Source: Candidatus Eiseniibacteriota bacterium (GTDB taxonomy: Bacteria; Eisenbacteria; RBG-16-71-46; CAIMUX01; VGJL01). Taken from it: a stretch of DNA of 64,000 nucleotides. The notes under the pieces were generated by a model. The model did not search any database. It had not been told where the DNA came from and was given only the letters and a program-made list of their open reading frames with translations. The DNA lies in contig CAWBWI010000001.1 of NCBI GenBank assembly GCA_963792585.1, forward strand, positions 512,001 through 576,000, written 5' to 3'. Shown here in pieces: positions 10,816-21,177 of this stretch (position 1 is the stretch's first letter; every line of letters starts with the position of its first letter). The position numbers were made by a program, and so were the translations under genes.

Positions 10816-11858
10816 GCCACCCGGAACCGGTCGCCCCCCGCTACCTGGAAGCGGGCGTCTCGCTCGAGCGCGGCCGTGAATCGGTCCGCCGCATTCGAGA
10901 GCGGGTGCGCGCGACGTTCGGTCCGCGCGTGGAAAGCCAGATCGGCGCCTTCGCGGGGTTCTTCGCCTACCCGGAGGCAGGCTCCGAGAGGCTGATCGTC
11001 AGCAGCATGGACGGCGTGGGGACGAAGCTCCGCCTGGCGGCGCAAGCGAACCGCTGGGAGGGGGTCGGGTACGATCTCGTCTCGCACTGCACGAACGACA
11101 TCCTTGTTCACGGCGCCCGTCCGCTCTTCTTCCTCGACTACATCGGCGCGGCGAGCGTGGAGCCGGACGTCGTCGAGCGGCTGATCATCGGTCTCGTCGA
11201 GGCATGCACGAAGGCGCGTTGCGCCCTGATCGGCGGCGAGACCGCCGAGATGCCGGGGGTCTATCCGCCGGGCGAACTGGATCTGGTCGGGACGATCATC
11301 GGGGACGTCGCGCGCGCGGACCTCGTCAACGGGACCAAGTCGCAGGCGGGGGATCGCCTGATCGGTCTCTGCTCCGACGGCCTTCACACGAACGGCTTCT
11401 CCCTGGCGCGACGGATCGTTCTCGATGAAGCGGGCCTCGGCCCGGACGATATCCTCGAAGGCACCGATCGAACGGTCGCCGATGCCCTGCTCGCACGCCA
11501 CAAGATGTACCTCCCGTACCTCGATGGGCTGCTCGGCCGCCTGGAGGTCCACGGGATGGCGCACATCACGGGCGGAGGGATCCCGGAGAACCTGCCCCGG
11601 GCGCTTCGGACCGGCCTCCGCGCACGGGTCGACCGGCGGACGTGGGAGATCCCGCCCCTGTTCGCCGCGCTTCGGCGACTAGGAGACGTGAGCGAGGCCG
11701 AGATGTTCGATGTCTTCAACATGGGGATCGGCTTCGTCCTGGCCGTCCCGGCCGACGCCGAGGATGCATGGTTGGCCGGCCTTGCGGATCGGGGCGAATG
11801 TCCCATCCGGATCGGCTGGGTCGAGGAAGGCGAGCGGAGCGTCGTCTGGGCAGACTGA
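10812..11858 (+). CDS. purM: Phosphoribosylformylglycinamidine cyclo-ligase
   Basis: DGVGTKL, PLFFLDY, LIGGETAEMPG, SDGLHTNGFSL, AHITGGG, FNMGIG. Confidence 0.97.
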   Translation: MSHPEPVAPRYLEAGVSLERGRESVRRIRERVRATFGPRVESQIGAFAGFFAYPEAGSERLIVSSMDGVGTKLRLAAQANRWEGVGYDLVSHCTNDILVHGARPLFFLDYIGAASVEPDVVERLIIGLVEACTKARCALIGGETAEMPGVYPPGELDLVGTIIGDVARADLVNGTKSQAGDRLIGLCSDGLHTNGFSLARRIVLDEAGLGPDDILEGTDRTVADALLARHKMYLPYLDGLLGRLEVHGMAHITGGGIPENLPRALRTGLRARVDRRTWEIPPLFAALRRLGDVSEAEMFDVFNMGIGFVLAVPADAEDAWLAGLADRGECPIRIGWVEEGERSVVWAD

Positions 11859-11889
11859 CCGCCCGGATGCGACGCACCCTCGGACACCC

Positions 11890-12981
11890 ATGAAGATCAT
11901 CCTCAAGCAGGACATCGATCCCGCCGCCGTCCATCACATCGAGCAGTGGTTGATGTCCCGCGGGTGCATCGTCTACAGCCTCGCGCAAACCGGAGGGAAC
12001 CTCTTGTGCGCGATCAGCGAGGGGGTCGGCATCGACCACGCCGAGATCCGGAAGCTGCCGGGCGTCGCGGGGGTCGAGCGGATTCCGCATCCCTTCAAGC
12101 TGGCGAGCCGGTTCTTCCGGAACGAGGATACGCGCATCCGCGTCCGGGATATCGAAATCGGCGGCCGGGAGATCGTCCTGATGGCCGGTCCCTGTGCCGT
12201 CGAGGGGGAAGAGCAGGTGCGGACCGTCGCGCGCGCCGTGCACGCGGCCGGCGCGCGGATTCTCCGCGGTGGGGCGTTCAAGCCCCGGACCTCCCCCTAC
12301 TCGTTTCAGGGTCTTGGTGTGGCCGGCTTGAAGATCCTGCGCGAGGCGGCCGACGAAGTCGGGATGGCCGTCGTGAGCGAGATCATGGATGTCTCGCAGC
12401 TCGACGCGATGCTCGACTACGTCGACATCCTCCAGGTGGGGGCGAGAAACGTCCAGAACTTCACCCTGCTCGCCGCGCTGGGGCAGGTGGATCGCCCCGT
12501 GCTCCTGAAGCGAGGGATGTCCTCCACGATGGACGAGTGGCTGATGGCCGCCGAGTACGTCATGTCCGGGGGCAACGCGAAAGTGATCGTCTGCGAACGG
12601 GGGATCCGGGCCTTCGGCGGGTCGTACACCCGCAATACCCTCGACCTGAGCGCGGTGCCCGTCGTGAAGGAGCTCTCGCACCTGCCGATCATCATCGATC
12701 CGAGCCACGCCCTCGGGGTGCGGAACAAAGTCCTGCCCCTCGCCCGCGCCGCGATCGCGGCCGGCTGCGATGGGCTCCTGATCGAGGTTCATCCCCAGCC
12801 GGAGACGGCGCTTTGCGACGGCCCCCAGAGCCTCATCCCGGCGGATTTCGCCATCCTGGCCGACCAGGTTCGGGCGATCGCCCGGGTCCTGGGGAGGGAT
12901 ATCGCCGGGCCGGAGTCCGGCGCCGGCCTGAATCCGGGCCCCGTTGGGGGAACGCCGAACGACCGTGCGGGGAGGGGTTGA
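11890..12981 (+). CDS. aroF: DAHP synthase, class I-beta, with N-terminal regulatory domain
   Basis: MAGPCAVE, RGGAFKPRTSPYSFQG, QVGARN, LLKRG, CERGIR, DPSH, IEVHP..CDGPQS. Confidence 0.95.
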   Translation: MKIILKQDIDPAAVHHIEQWLMSRGCIVYSLAQTGGNLLCAISEGVGIDHAEIRKLPGVAGVERIPHPFKLASRFFRNEDTRIRVRDIEIGGREIVLMAGPCAVEGEEQVRTVARAVHAAGARILRGGAFKPRTSPYSFQGLGVAGLKILREAADEVGMAVVSEIMDVSQLDAMLDYVDILQVGARNVQNFTLLAALGQVDRPVLLKRGMSSTMDEWLMAAEYVMSGGNAKVIVCERGIRAFGGSYTRNTLDLSAVPVVKELSHLPIIIDPSHALGVRNKVLPLARAAIAAGCDGLLIEVHPQPETALCDGPQSLIPADFAILADQVRAIARVLGRDIAGPESGAGLNPGPVGGTPNDRAGRG

Positions 12982-13007
12982 CAGCCCGGCGAAGAGACGG
13001 TTAGACT
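12978..13007 (+). promoter_or_regulatory. Sigma70-type promoter for tRNA-Val/infC operon
   Basis: TTGACA (12978-12983), 18 bp spacer, TAGACT (13002-13007), about 20 nt upstream of the tRNA. Confidence 0.7.
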
Positions 13008-13027
13008 GCCAGTTGCTTGTGCGTTGT

Positions 13028-13104
13028 GGGCGATTAGCTCAGGTGGTTAGAGTGCTTGCTTGACATGCAAGAGGTCAGTGGTTCAAGTCCACTATCGCCC
13101 ACCA
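13028..13104 (+). tRNA. tRNA-Val(GAC)
   Basis: GGGCGAT/ATCGCCC acceptor stem, anticodon arm CTTGC-TTGACAT-GCAAG, GGTTCAAGTCC T-arm, encoded CCA. Confidence 0.97.
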
Positions 13105-13164
13105 TTTGCACCGGCATTGCAGTCCAAATCCCCGGGCCCGGAAGGGCGGGGAAACTTGGCGGCG

Positions 13165-13292
13165 ACGAAAGCAGAAGCTCGCTTCTCACCCGCCGGCCCA
13201 TCGAGGCCAGGCAGGGTTCAAAGGTCCCGCAGGGACGAATGCGTCCAGACCTGAGATCGAGAGGCGGCTGATGCCGGTCTCTTTTTGTTTTT
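13165..13292 (+). ncRNA. L20 leader-like ribosomal protein autoregulatory RNA with terminator-like hairpin
   Basis: AAGCAGAAGC-TC-GCTTCTCACC hairpin resembling the L20_leader core, lying upstream of infC-rpmI-rplT; ends in GAGAGGCGG..CCGGTCTC followed by TTTTTGTTTTT. Confidence 0.75.
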
Positions 13293-13333
13293 GGAGGCGG
13301 CGCCGCAGAAACACTTGGTGGAGGTGAAGCCCA

Positions 13334-14009
13334 ATCGCGAAAACGCCTGAAGTTCGTGTCAATGAGCGGATCCGGGTGCCGATGGTCCGGGTCATCTCGG
13401 CCGATGGAAACCAGCTCGGTGTGATGGCAATTTCCGAAGCGCTGAAGCTGGCGGTGCAACAAGGCGCGGACCTCGTCGAGGTCTCGCCGAATGCCCGGCC
13501 GCCGGTTTGCAAGATCATGGATTTCGGCAAGTTCAAGTACGAGCAGTCGAAACATGAGCGGCAGGCCAAGAAGAAGCAGCACGTTTACACGATCAAAGAG
13601 GTGAAGGTCCGCCCCAAGATCGAGGAGCACGACTTCATCTTCAAGATCCGAAACGCGCGGAAGTTCCTGCTCCAGCGGGACAAGGTGAAGTTCACGTGCA
13701 TGTTCCGTGGAAGGGAAATGACGCACATGGAACTGGGGCACGCGCTGCTGGAGAAGATCGTCGAGGAAATCTGCCGACGTGGGATTCGTCGAGTCGAGGC
13801 CCCTGTTGGAGGGCCGCTCGCTGATCATGATCGTCGCCCCGAAGAAGGACATCAAGCCGCGTGCGGACGATCTGGTAGCCGAGGAGGCGGAGGGCGCGGA
13901 GGGCGCGGAGGGCGCAGTCGCCGGCAACGCAGCTAAGGAGTCGGAAGATGCCGAAGATCAAGACACGCAAGTCGACCGCCAAGCGGTTTCGGCTGACGGC
14001 GAGCGGTGA
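13334..14009 (+). CDS. infC: Translation initiation factor IF-3 (ATC start; frameshift near 13771)
   Basis: VNERIR, DLVEVSPNARPPVCKIMDFGKFKYE, KEVKVRPKIEEHD, FRGRE; SD GGAGGTG followed by an in-frame ATC at 13334. Confidence 0.95.
13887..13915 (+). repeat. 9-bp tandem repeat (GCGGAGGGC)x3 encoding AEG repeats in the IF-3 tail
   Basis: Read directly from the sequence. Confidence 0.85.
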
Positions 14010-14148
14010 GAGTGCGACGCAACAAGTCGATGAAGGGACATCTCCTGACCGACAAGAGCCGCAAGCGGAAGCGGAAGCTTCGCAAGAGCGAACCCTGACG
14101 TCCGGGGACAAGAAGAGGATCCTTCGCCAGTCTGGTGAGAGGGGCTAG
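13948..14148 (+). CDS. rpmI: 50S ribosomal protein L35 (internal frameshifts)
   Basis: MPKIKTRKSTAKRFRLTASG; GHLLTDKSRKRKRKLR in a shifted frame; located between infC and rplT. Confidence 0.9.
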   Translation: MPKIKTRKSTAKRFRLTASGESATQQVDEGTSPDRQEPQAEAEASQERTLTSGDKKRILRQSGERG

Positions 14149-14169
14149 CACCGCGTCGGGAGGTTTGAG

Positions 14170-14547
14170 ATGCCAAGAGCAAAAGGTACCGTCCCCGGGC
14201 ACGCCCGGAGGAAGAAGACTCTAAAAGCGGCCCGCGGCGGGTTCGGCGGGCGCAGCAGGCTCCACCAGATCGCCAAGGAGAATGTCCTGCGCGGGATGCA
14301 GTATGCGTACCGCGACCGGCGGGTGAAGAAGCGGCTGATGCGGCGACTCTGGATCCAGCGGATCAATGCCGCGGTCCGGATGTACGGCCTTTCCTACAGC
14401 CAGTTCATCGCCGGGATGAAGGCCTCGCAGGTCATGATCGACCGTAAGCAGCTCAGCGAACTGGCGATCCACGATGCGGACGCGTTTCGCAAGGTCGTCG
14501 AGCAGGTTCGCCCGCACGTCCCGGCCGCCGGCCCTCAGCCGGCCTAG
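14170..14547 (+). CDS. rplT: 50S ribosomal protein L20
   Basis: YAYRDRRVKKRLMRRLWIQRINAA, YSQFI, IDRKQLSELAI. Confidence 0.97.
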   Translation: MPRAKGTVPGHARRKKTLKAARGGFGGRSRLHQIAKENVLRGMQYAYRDRRVKKRLMRRLWIQRINAAVRMYGLSYSQFIAGMKASQVMIDRKQLSELAIHDADAFRKVVEQVRPHVPAAGPQPA

Positions 14548-14557
14548 GGACGGAGGC

Positions 14558-14764
14558 ATGATCGCGGAGCTGGACAAGCTGGAGTCGCGAATCGCTGAGG
14601 CGGCGGAGACGATCCGCCTCCTCCGCGAGCAGAACCGTCAGTTGAGCGATCGGCTGCAGGAAATCGAGGAGGAGCGCCGTCGGTTCACGGAGGAGCGGAG
14701 CCAGCTGGCGGAGCGGATCGCTCGCCTGGTGGACAAAGTTGACGCCCTCCGGTTGGAACTCTAG
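14558..14764 (+). CDS. ZapB-like coiled-coil cell division protein
   Basis: 68-aa coiled coil (LDKLESRIAEAAETIRLLREQN) with GGAGG SD, directly upstream of zapA. Confidence 0.7.
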   Translation: MIAELDKLESRIAEAAETIRLLREQNRQLSDRLQEIEEERRRFTEERSQLAERIARLVDKVDALRLEL

Positions 14765-14832
14765 ACTGGCCCCGGCCGATCCGAGGGACTCCGGGGTTCG
14801 ACGCACACGATCGAAAGATGCGGGCGGAGACG

Positions 14833-15147
14833 ATGAACGGTTCCGAATCAGGGGTCACGGTCACGGTCAACATCCTCGGGGAGTCCTTCCGCATCCGGGG
14901 GGGGAGCCAGGAGGAGGTCGAGGGACTCGCGCGATACGTCGAGGGGAAGATCGAGGAGATCCGATCGCGCAACACCGCCTTACCTCTGCGTAGTCTTCTG
15001 ATGCTGGCGGGGCTCAACATCGCCGAGGAGTTGTTCCGGGAACGAAAGGAACGCGAGGAGCTGACGCGGGACGTCGAGGCGCAGGCCCGCCGGCTTCGTG
15101 AGAACCTGGAAACGCAGATCCAGGATCCATCGGGGAGGGAACCTTAG
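14833..15147 (+). CDS. zapA: Cell division protein ZapA
   Basis: VTVNILGESFRI, LARYVEGKIEEI, LAGLNIAEEL, coiled-coil tail; alternative start at 14818. Confidence 0.9.
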   Translation: MNGSESGVTVTVNILGESFRIRGGSQEEVEGLARYVEGKIEEIRSRNTALPLRSLLMLAGLNIAEELFRERKEREELTRDVEAQARRLRENLETQIQDPSGREP

Positions 15148-15183
15148 AGCGCGGATCTCCGCTCCAAACGCACGAACCGATTG

Positions 15184-15365
15184 GGGGGATCCCTGCCCTG
15201 TTGGTGATGGCGTAGGACTTCTTGAGCCAACAGTTTCCAAAAGGGAGTCGGGTAGAGATCGGGAGTGGAACCCCTTCGGGGGAGCGCGAACGATCCGAGC
15301 CTACACCCACCTGGTTAAGCCAGGTTCAAGAGTCCACGACACACGACGGACGTGGGGATCTCTCC
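15184..15365 (+). ncRNA. ssrS: 6S RNA
   Basis: About 180-nt rod: GGGGGATCCC pairs with GGGATCTCTCC and GGACTTCTTGAGCC pairs with GGTTCAAGAGTCC around a central bubble; classic position between zapA and rny. Confidence 0.85.
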
Positions 15366-15409
15366 TTGTGTTGCATGTATGAGGCCTTCATGAAGGAGGC
15401 ATCGGATAG

Positions 15410-16970
15410 ATGACACCGTACCTGATCGGACTCGCCCTCGTGGTCACCGTGGGTGGGTTCGTCGCCGGTTTCCTGATCCAGCGAGTGACGGCCGCCAAGC
15501 AGGTCCAGGCGGCGAAGATAAAAGCAGACGCCATCGTCGAAGAATCCCGCCGTGAGGCCGATTTGGCCCGCAAGACCGCGGCCCTCGAGGCCCGCGAGCA
15601 GTGGCTCCACGAAAAGGAACGATTCGAGGGGGATACGCGCCAGTTGCGGGGCGAACTGGAGGCGCACTCCCGGGCCCTCGAGGAAACGGAAGCTCGTCTC
15701 CACCGTGTGGGGGAGGCGCAGCGCCTCCAGCTCGAGAAGCTCGAGGTCGACCGGAAGGCCGTCGGCGAGTTGAGGCTCCGGCTCGAAGGACGTGAGGCCG
15801 AGGTCAAGAAGGTCCTGGCGGAGCACACCGCTCGTCTCGAGAAGATCGCGGGGCTCACCTCCGCCGAGGCCCGCCGGGAGCTGATCAAGAACATCGAAGA
15901 CGAAGTCCGGACCGAGTCGTCGCGGCTCGCGCAGCGAATGCGGGAGAGCGCGGCGCGGGATGCCGACCGAGAGGCCCGCAGGCTGATCCTCCTCTCCACG
16001 CAGAGACTGGGGGCCGAGCTGTCGATCGACTCGACGGTGACCGTCGTCGCTCTTCCCAACGACGAGATGAAGGGGCGGATCATCGGCAGGGAAGGGCGGA
16101 ACATCCGTGCCTTCGAGATGGCCACGGGCATCGACGTGATCATCGACGATACGCCCGAGGCGGTCCTGCTCTCCGGCTTCGATCCGATCCGGCGCGAGAT
16201 CGCTCGGATCGCGCTCGAACGGCTGATCGCGGATGGGCGGATCCACCCGGGACGTATCGAGGAGGTCGTTCAGAAGGCGACCGAGGAGATCGACTCCGCG
16301 ATCCGGGAATCGGGGGAGAAGACCGCGAGCGACGTGGGAGTGCACGGGCTGGCCCCCGAGATCCTCGACCTGCTCGGGCGTCTCCACTTCCGCACGAGTT
16401 CGGGTCAGAACGTCCTGAAGCACTCGATCGAGGTGGCGCGGCTCGGGGCGATGATCGCATCCGAACTGGGCCTCGACGCCGACACCGCGAAGCGGGCGGG
16501 CCTGCTGCACGACATCGGCAAGGCGGTCAATCACGAGATCGAGGGGCCTCATGCGCTCGTCGGGATGGAGCTGCTCCGTCGCCACGGCGAGCAGGCGGTC
16601 ATCTGTGAGGCGGTCGGCGGGCATCACGGGGAGCTCGAGACCGACGGCGTCTATCCCGTGCTCGTTTCCGCGGCCGACGCGATCTCCGGCGCACGGCCGG
16701 GGGCGCGGCGGGAGAGCCTCGAGACCTATATCACACGGCTTCAGAAGCTCGAGGAGCTGGCCGAGTCGTTCCCGGGCGTCGAGCGCACCTTCGCGATCCA
16801 GGCGGGACGCGAGGTTCGGATTCTCGTCCAGCCGAAAGAGGTGTCGGACGACAGCGCGGTCGTCGTTGGCGACCGACATCGCGCGGCGCATCGAGAAGGA
16901 TCTCCAGTATCCCGGCCAGATCAAGGTCGTGGTCATTCGTGAGATGCGGGTCGTCGACTATGCGCGCTAG
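15410..16970 (+). CDS. rny: Ribonuclease Y (frameshift near 16870)
   Basis: N-terminal TM, coiled coil, KH domain [16 protein letters not shown] domain [33 protein letters not shown]. Confidence 0.96.
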
Positions 16971-16979
16971 GCCCCGCGG

Positions 16980-17769
16980 ATGAACATCCTCTTCATCGGG
17001 GACATCTTCGGCAAACCGGGACGGCGGGCCGTGCAGCAACTGCTGCCGAGCCTCCGCCGCGAGCTCGAGGTCGACTTCTGCGTCGGCAATGCGGAGAACG
17101 CCGCGTCGGGCGCGGGGATCACGCCGGAGACGGCCGAGGATCTCTTCGGCGCCGGTGTCGATGTCCTCACCGGTGGCAATCACACGTGGGACCGCCGGGA
17201 AGGGCACGCACTGCTCGACCGGGATCTCCGCCTGCTCCGTCCGGCCAACTATCCTGCAGGAAGTGCCTGGACGAGGCGTCGGGGTCTACGACTGCGGGCA
17301 GGAGAAGATCGCGGTCGTCAACCTGCTCGGGCGCGTCTTCATGCCCCCGGTGGAATCGCCCTTCCATGCCATGGACGAGATCCTGGAGAACCTCGCGGGC
17401 GTGACCTCCTTGGTTCTCCTCGATTTCCATGCCGAGGCGACTTCGGAGAAGATCGCGATGGGATGGTACCTGGACGGCCGCGTGAGCTTGATCGTCGGCA
17501 CGCACACGCACGTGCAGACCGCCGATGAGCGGATCCTGCCGAGGGGGACGGCGGCCATCACCGATCTCGGCATGACGGGGCCGCACGATTCGGTCATCGG
17601 GGTGCGCAAGGAGTTGGCGCTCCAGAAGCTCCTGACGCAGATCCCGGTCAAGTTCCAGCCCGCCGAGGGGGATGTGCGGCTGCACGGCGTCTGGGTGCGC
17701 TGCGACGCCGCGACGGGGCGCGCGGTCAGCGTGAAGCGGATCGCCCGCAGTCTGGACGACCTCGGATGA
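16980..17769 (+). CDS. ymdB: YmdB-family metallophosphoesterase (frameshift near 17260)
   Basis: FIGDIFGKPGR, NAENAASG, TGGNHTWD, DFHAEATSEK, GTHTHVQTAD. Confidence 0.93.
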
Positions 17770-18638
17770 CCGCACGCATCCTCGACGGAAAGGCGGCCGC
17801 GGCGGAGATCCGCCGGGAACTCGCGCAGAAGGTCGGGGCCCTCGTGGGCCGCGGCGTGCGGCCGAAGATCAGCCTCATCCGTGTCGGTGAAGATGCCGCT
17901 TCCGTCGTCTATGTGCGGAACAAGGCGAAGGCGTCCGCCGAGATCGGGATCGAATCGGAAGTGCTCGTCCTGCCGGAAGCGGCGTCGAGGAATCAGATCG
18001 CCGACGCGATCGATCGTCGCGTGGGCGATCCGCTCGTGCACGGGATCCTCCTCCAGCTTCCCCTTCCCGCGGGGATGCCGGCGCAGGACCTCGTCGAGAG
18101 GATCATTCCCGAAAAGGACGTCGATGGGTTCCACCCCATGAATCTCGGAAGGCTCTGCCTCGGCCGGCCCGGGTTCGTGCCCTGCACGCCGCTGGGGATC
18201 GTCGAGTTGCTCCGCCGCAACGGGATCGAGCTGGCCGGCAGCCATGTCGCGGTCGTAGGGCGGAGCACGACGGTGGGGCGGCCGCTCGCGAACCTGCTGT
18301 CGCTCAAGGCGCCCGGATGCGATGCGACCGTCAGCATCCTGCACACCGGCAGCCGCGAGCCGTGGAAGATCACGCGCGAGGCCGACATCCTGATCGCCGC
18401 CGCCGGCAGCCGTCACCTGATCGACGGTCGCTGGGTGCGGGACGGGGCGGTCGTCGTCGACGTCGGGATGCACCGCGGCGATGACGGGAAGCTGACGGGG
18501 GACGTCGATCCCGCGTCGGTCGTCGAGAAGGCCTCCTGGCTGAGTCCCGTGCCCGGGGGTGTCGGACCGATGACGGTCGCCTGCCTGCTCGTCAACACCG
18601 TCCGTGCGGCCGAGGAGCAAACGCGGGGGATCGCGTGA
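17766..18638 (+). CDS. folD: Methylenetetrahydrofolate dehydrogenase/cyclohydrolase
   Basis: YVRNK, GILLQLPLP, KDVDGFHP, PCTPLG, GRSTTVGRP, PVPGGVGPMT. Confidence 0.97.
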   Translation: MTARILDGKAAAAEIRRELAQKVGALVGRGVRPKISLIRVGEDAASVVYVRNKAKASAEIGIESEVLVLPEAASRNQIADAIDRRVGDPLVHGILLQLPLPAGMPAQDLVERIIPEKDVDGFHPMNLGRLCLGRPGFVPCTPLGIVELLRRNGIELAGSHVAVVGRSTTVGRPLANLLSLKAPGCDATVSILHTGSREPWKITREADILIAAAGSRHLIDGRWVRDGAVVVDVGMHRGDDGKLTGDVDPASVVEKASWLSPVPGGVGPMTVACLLVNTVRAAEEQTRGIA

Positions 18639-19982
18639 GCGGCGAGACGCTGAGCGTTTCCCAAGTCCTCGCGCTCGCCAAGCAGGCCCTGGAGGACGGC
18701 ACCGGTCCGGTTTGGGTCGAAGGCGAACTGACCGGCTTCAAGCGCCATCAGCCGTCCGGGCATCTCTACTTCGACATGAAGGACGGCCGCGGGCGCATCT
18801 CCTGCGTGATGTGGCGCGACGGCGCGCGGCGCCTGCGATTCGATCCCGCCGACGGAATCCTGGTGCGCGCGCACGGGCGTCTCGGGATCTACGAGATCCA
18901 GGGGCGGCTCCAGCTCTATGCGGACGCGCTGGAACCCGCGGGTCTCGGGGCGCTGCAGGCCGCGCTCGAAGCGTTGAAGCAGCGTCTGGCGCAGGAAGGG
19001 CTCTTCGAGGCGGACCGCAAGCGCCCGCTGCCGCGCTATCCCCAGCAGATCGGGGTCGTCACCTCGAGCAGCGGGGCCGCGGTGCGCGACGTGCTTCGGG
19101 TCCTCGGCGAACGCTGGCCGGTCGCGGACGTCGTCCTGCGGCCCTGTGCCGTACAGGGGGCGGAGGCGGCGGCGCAGATCGTCGAAGCGCTCGAGGAGAT
19201 CGCTCTGGAGCCGGGATTGGATCTGATTTTCGCTCGTGCGCGGGGGCGGCAGTATCGAGGATCTCTGGTGCTTCAACGAGGAGGCCGTCGTTCGCGCCGT
19301 TGCCGGTTCTCCGGTGCCGATCGTGACAGGGGTGGGACACGAGATCGACGTCACGCTGGTCGACTTCGCCTCCGACCTGCGCGCGGCGACGCCGTCCCAG
19401 GCCGCGGAGCTTGCGGTTCCCTCGCGGCAGGATGTCCTGCGTCTCCTGAGCGGGCAGCACGCGAGGATCCGGCAGAGGGCCGAGGGACGGGTCCGCAACG
19501 CGCACCTCTCGCTCGCGCGCCTCACGGGGAGCCACGGGCTGCGCCGTCCCGCGGAGTTGGTGCGCCAGCGTGCGCAGCGGGTCGACGATCTGGCGGGCCG
19601 CATGCAGGTCGCAGTCTCGACGCGTCTGGAGACGAGGCGGCGACGGCTCGTCGACATGACTGCGCGGTGGCGGGCGCGGGATCCGGTGTCGAATCTCAGA
19701 CGTTCGCGGGAGAGGCTTGCCGAACTCGATGCGCGCATGTCCCGCGGGGTCGATCGCCGTTTCGGAGACGCCCGCGAGAAGCTGACGGCCCGCGCCGCGC
19801 ACCTCGAGGCGGTCGGCCCGCGCGCCGTCCTCGCGCGCGGCTATGCGATCTGTCTTCGGCCTGGCGACGGGCGCGCGGTTCGGTCTTGGGAAGAGGTCGC
19901 GACCGGCGATCGCGTCCGGGTCATTCTCTCGGAGGGAGGTCTCGGCTGCAGGATCGAGGAACGCCAGGAGGTGTGGGAATGA
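18635..19982 (+). CDS. xseA: Exodeoxyribonuclease VII large subunit (frameshift near 19240)
   Basis: [44 protein letters not shown]. Confidence 0.95.
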
Positions 19983-20263
19983 GTCCGAAGAAGTCGGCGG
20001 AAGCCGCGCCGGAGCCGTTGCGGTTCGAGGAAGCGCTCGCCCGGCTCGAGGCCATCGTGCAAGAACTCGAGGGTAAGGACCTCTCTCTCGAGGAAACGCT
20101 CGCGCGATACGAGGAAGGTTCCCGGCTCGTCCGGGAGTGCGCCCAGCGTCTCGACGAGGCGGAACAGAGGATCCGTACCCTTTCGGCTGCGGAGGGAACG
20201 AAGCCCGGGAGCGAAGATGGTGGCGAGAGTGAAGGGGACGCGGAACAGGGCCTCCCATTCTGA
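19979..20263 (+). CDS. xseB: Exodeoxyribonuclease VII small subunit
   Basis: [33 protein letters not shown] overlap with xseA. Confidence 0.95.
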   Translation: MSPKKSAEAAPEPLRFEEALARLEAIVQELEGKDLSLEETLARYEEGSRLVRECAQRLDEAEQRIRTLSAAEGTKPGSEDGGESEGDAEQGLPF

Positions 20264-20264
20264 G

Positions 20265-21167
20265 ATGATCCGACCGGTGCTCCGGTGGGACGCATGGATC
20301 GGGGCGGTCGGTCCGTCGATCGAGCGCGAGCTGGCGGCCGTTCTTCCGAGGGCGGGCACCCCCGCACGGCTGAGGGCGGCGATGCGCTACGCCCTGTTCC
20401 CCGGAGGCAAACGGTTGCGCCCCGCACTGGCCATGCTCGGCCACGCGGCCTGCGGGGGTCGGGATCCGCAGATCGCGCTCGCGGCCGCCTCCCTCGAGCT
20501 GGTCCACACCTTCAGCCTGATTCACGACGATCTGCCGTGCATGGACGATGACGACTACCGTCGGGGGCGGCCCACCTGCCACCGCGTCTACGGCGAGGCC
20601 CTGGCCGTTCTCGCGGGCGACGCGCTCCTGAACCTGGCGTACGAGATCCTCGCGGATCTTCGCTGCGCGCCCGAGCGACGGGTCGCCGTCATCTCGACGC
20701 TTGCCACCTCGATGGGAGGGGGCGGGGTGCTGGGGGGACAAGTCGACGACATCGCCGCCGAGGGAGTGAAGGTCGGAGAGGTGGCGCTGCGCCGGATCCA
20801 CACCCGCAAGACGGCAAGCCTGATCGCCGCGGCCCTCGTGATGGGCGGTGAGCTGGCGGGAGCCCCGCGCTCGCGGATCGGGGAGCTGGATGCCTACGGT
20901 CGGGAGCTGGGCCTGCTATTCCAGCTCGTGGACGATATCCTGAACGTGGAGGGGAGCCCGGAGGAGCTTGGCCGGCCGGCCGGCGGCGACGAGAAGCACC
21001 AGAAGGCGACCTACCCGAGCATCGTGGGATTGGAAGGTTCGCGCGCGCGGATGCGAAGGCGCGCGACCGCCGCACGGATGAGGGCCAGGGTCTTTGGCCC
21101 ATGGAGCGCGCCCTTCGATGATCTGATCGGGGTCGTTGTCTCCCGGGTTCCGAACTCCGGGAGCTGA
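20265..21167 (+). CDS. ispA: Farnesyl/geranyl diphosphate synthase
   Basis: GGKRLRP, HTFSLIHDDLPCMDDDDYRRG, AGDALL, KTASL, FQLVDDIL, KATY. Confidence 0.94.
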   Translation: MIRPVLRWDAWIGAVGPSIERELAAVLPRAGTPARLRAAMRYALFPGGKRLRPALAMLGHAACGGRDPQIALAAASLELVHTFSLIHDDLPCMDDDDYRRGRPTCHRVYGEALAVLAGDALLNLAYEILADLRCAPERRVAVISTLATSMGGGGVLGGQVDDIAAEGVKVGEVALRRIHTRKTASLIAAALVMGGELAGAPRSRIGELDAYGRELGLLFQLVDDILNVEGSPEELGRPAGGDEKHQKATYPSIVGLEGSRARMRRRATAARMRARVFGPWSAPFDDLIGVVVSRVPNSGS

Positions 21168-21177
21168 AGGAGGAACG

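Noticed and set aside
18635..20263. Apparent XseA-XseB fusion ORF (also the apparent fusions at 710-2029, 8924-10108 and 42013-43686)
   Set aside because: These arise from frameshifts or upstream frame read-through; each downstream gene has its own start overlapping the previous stop.
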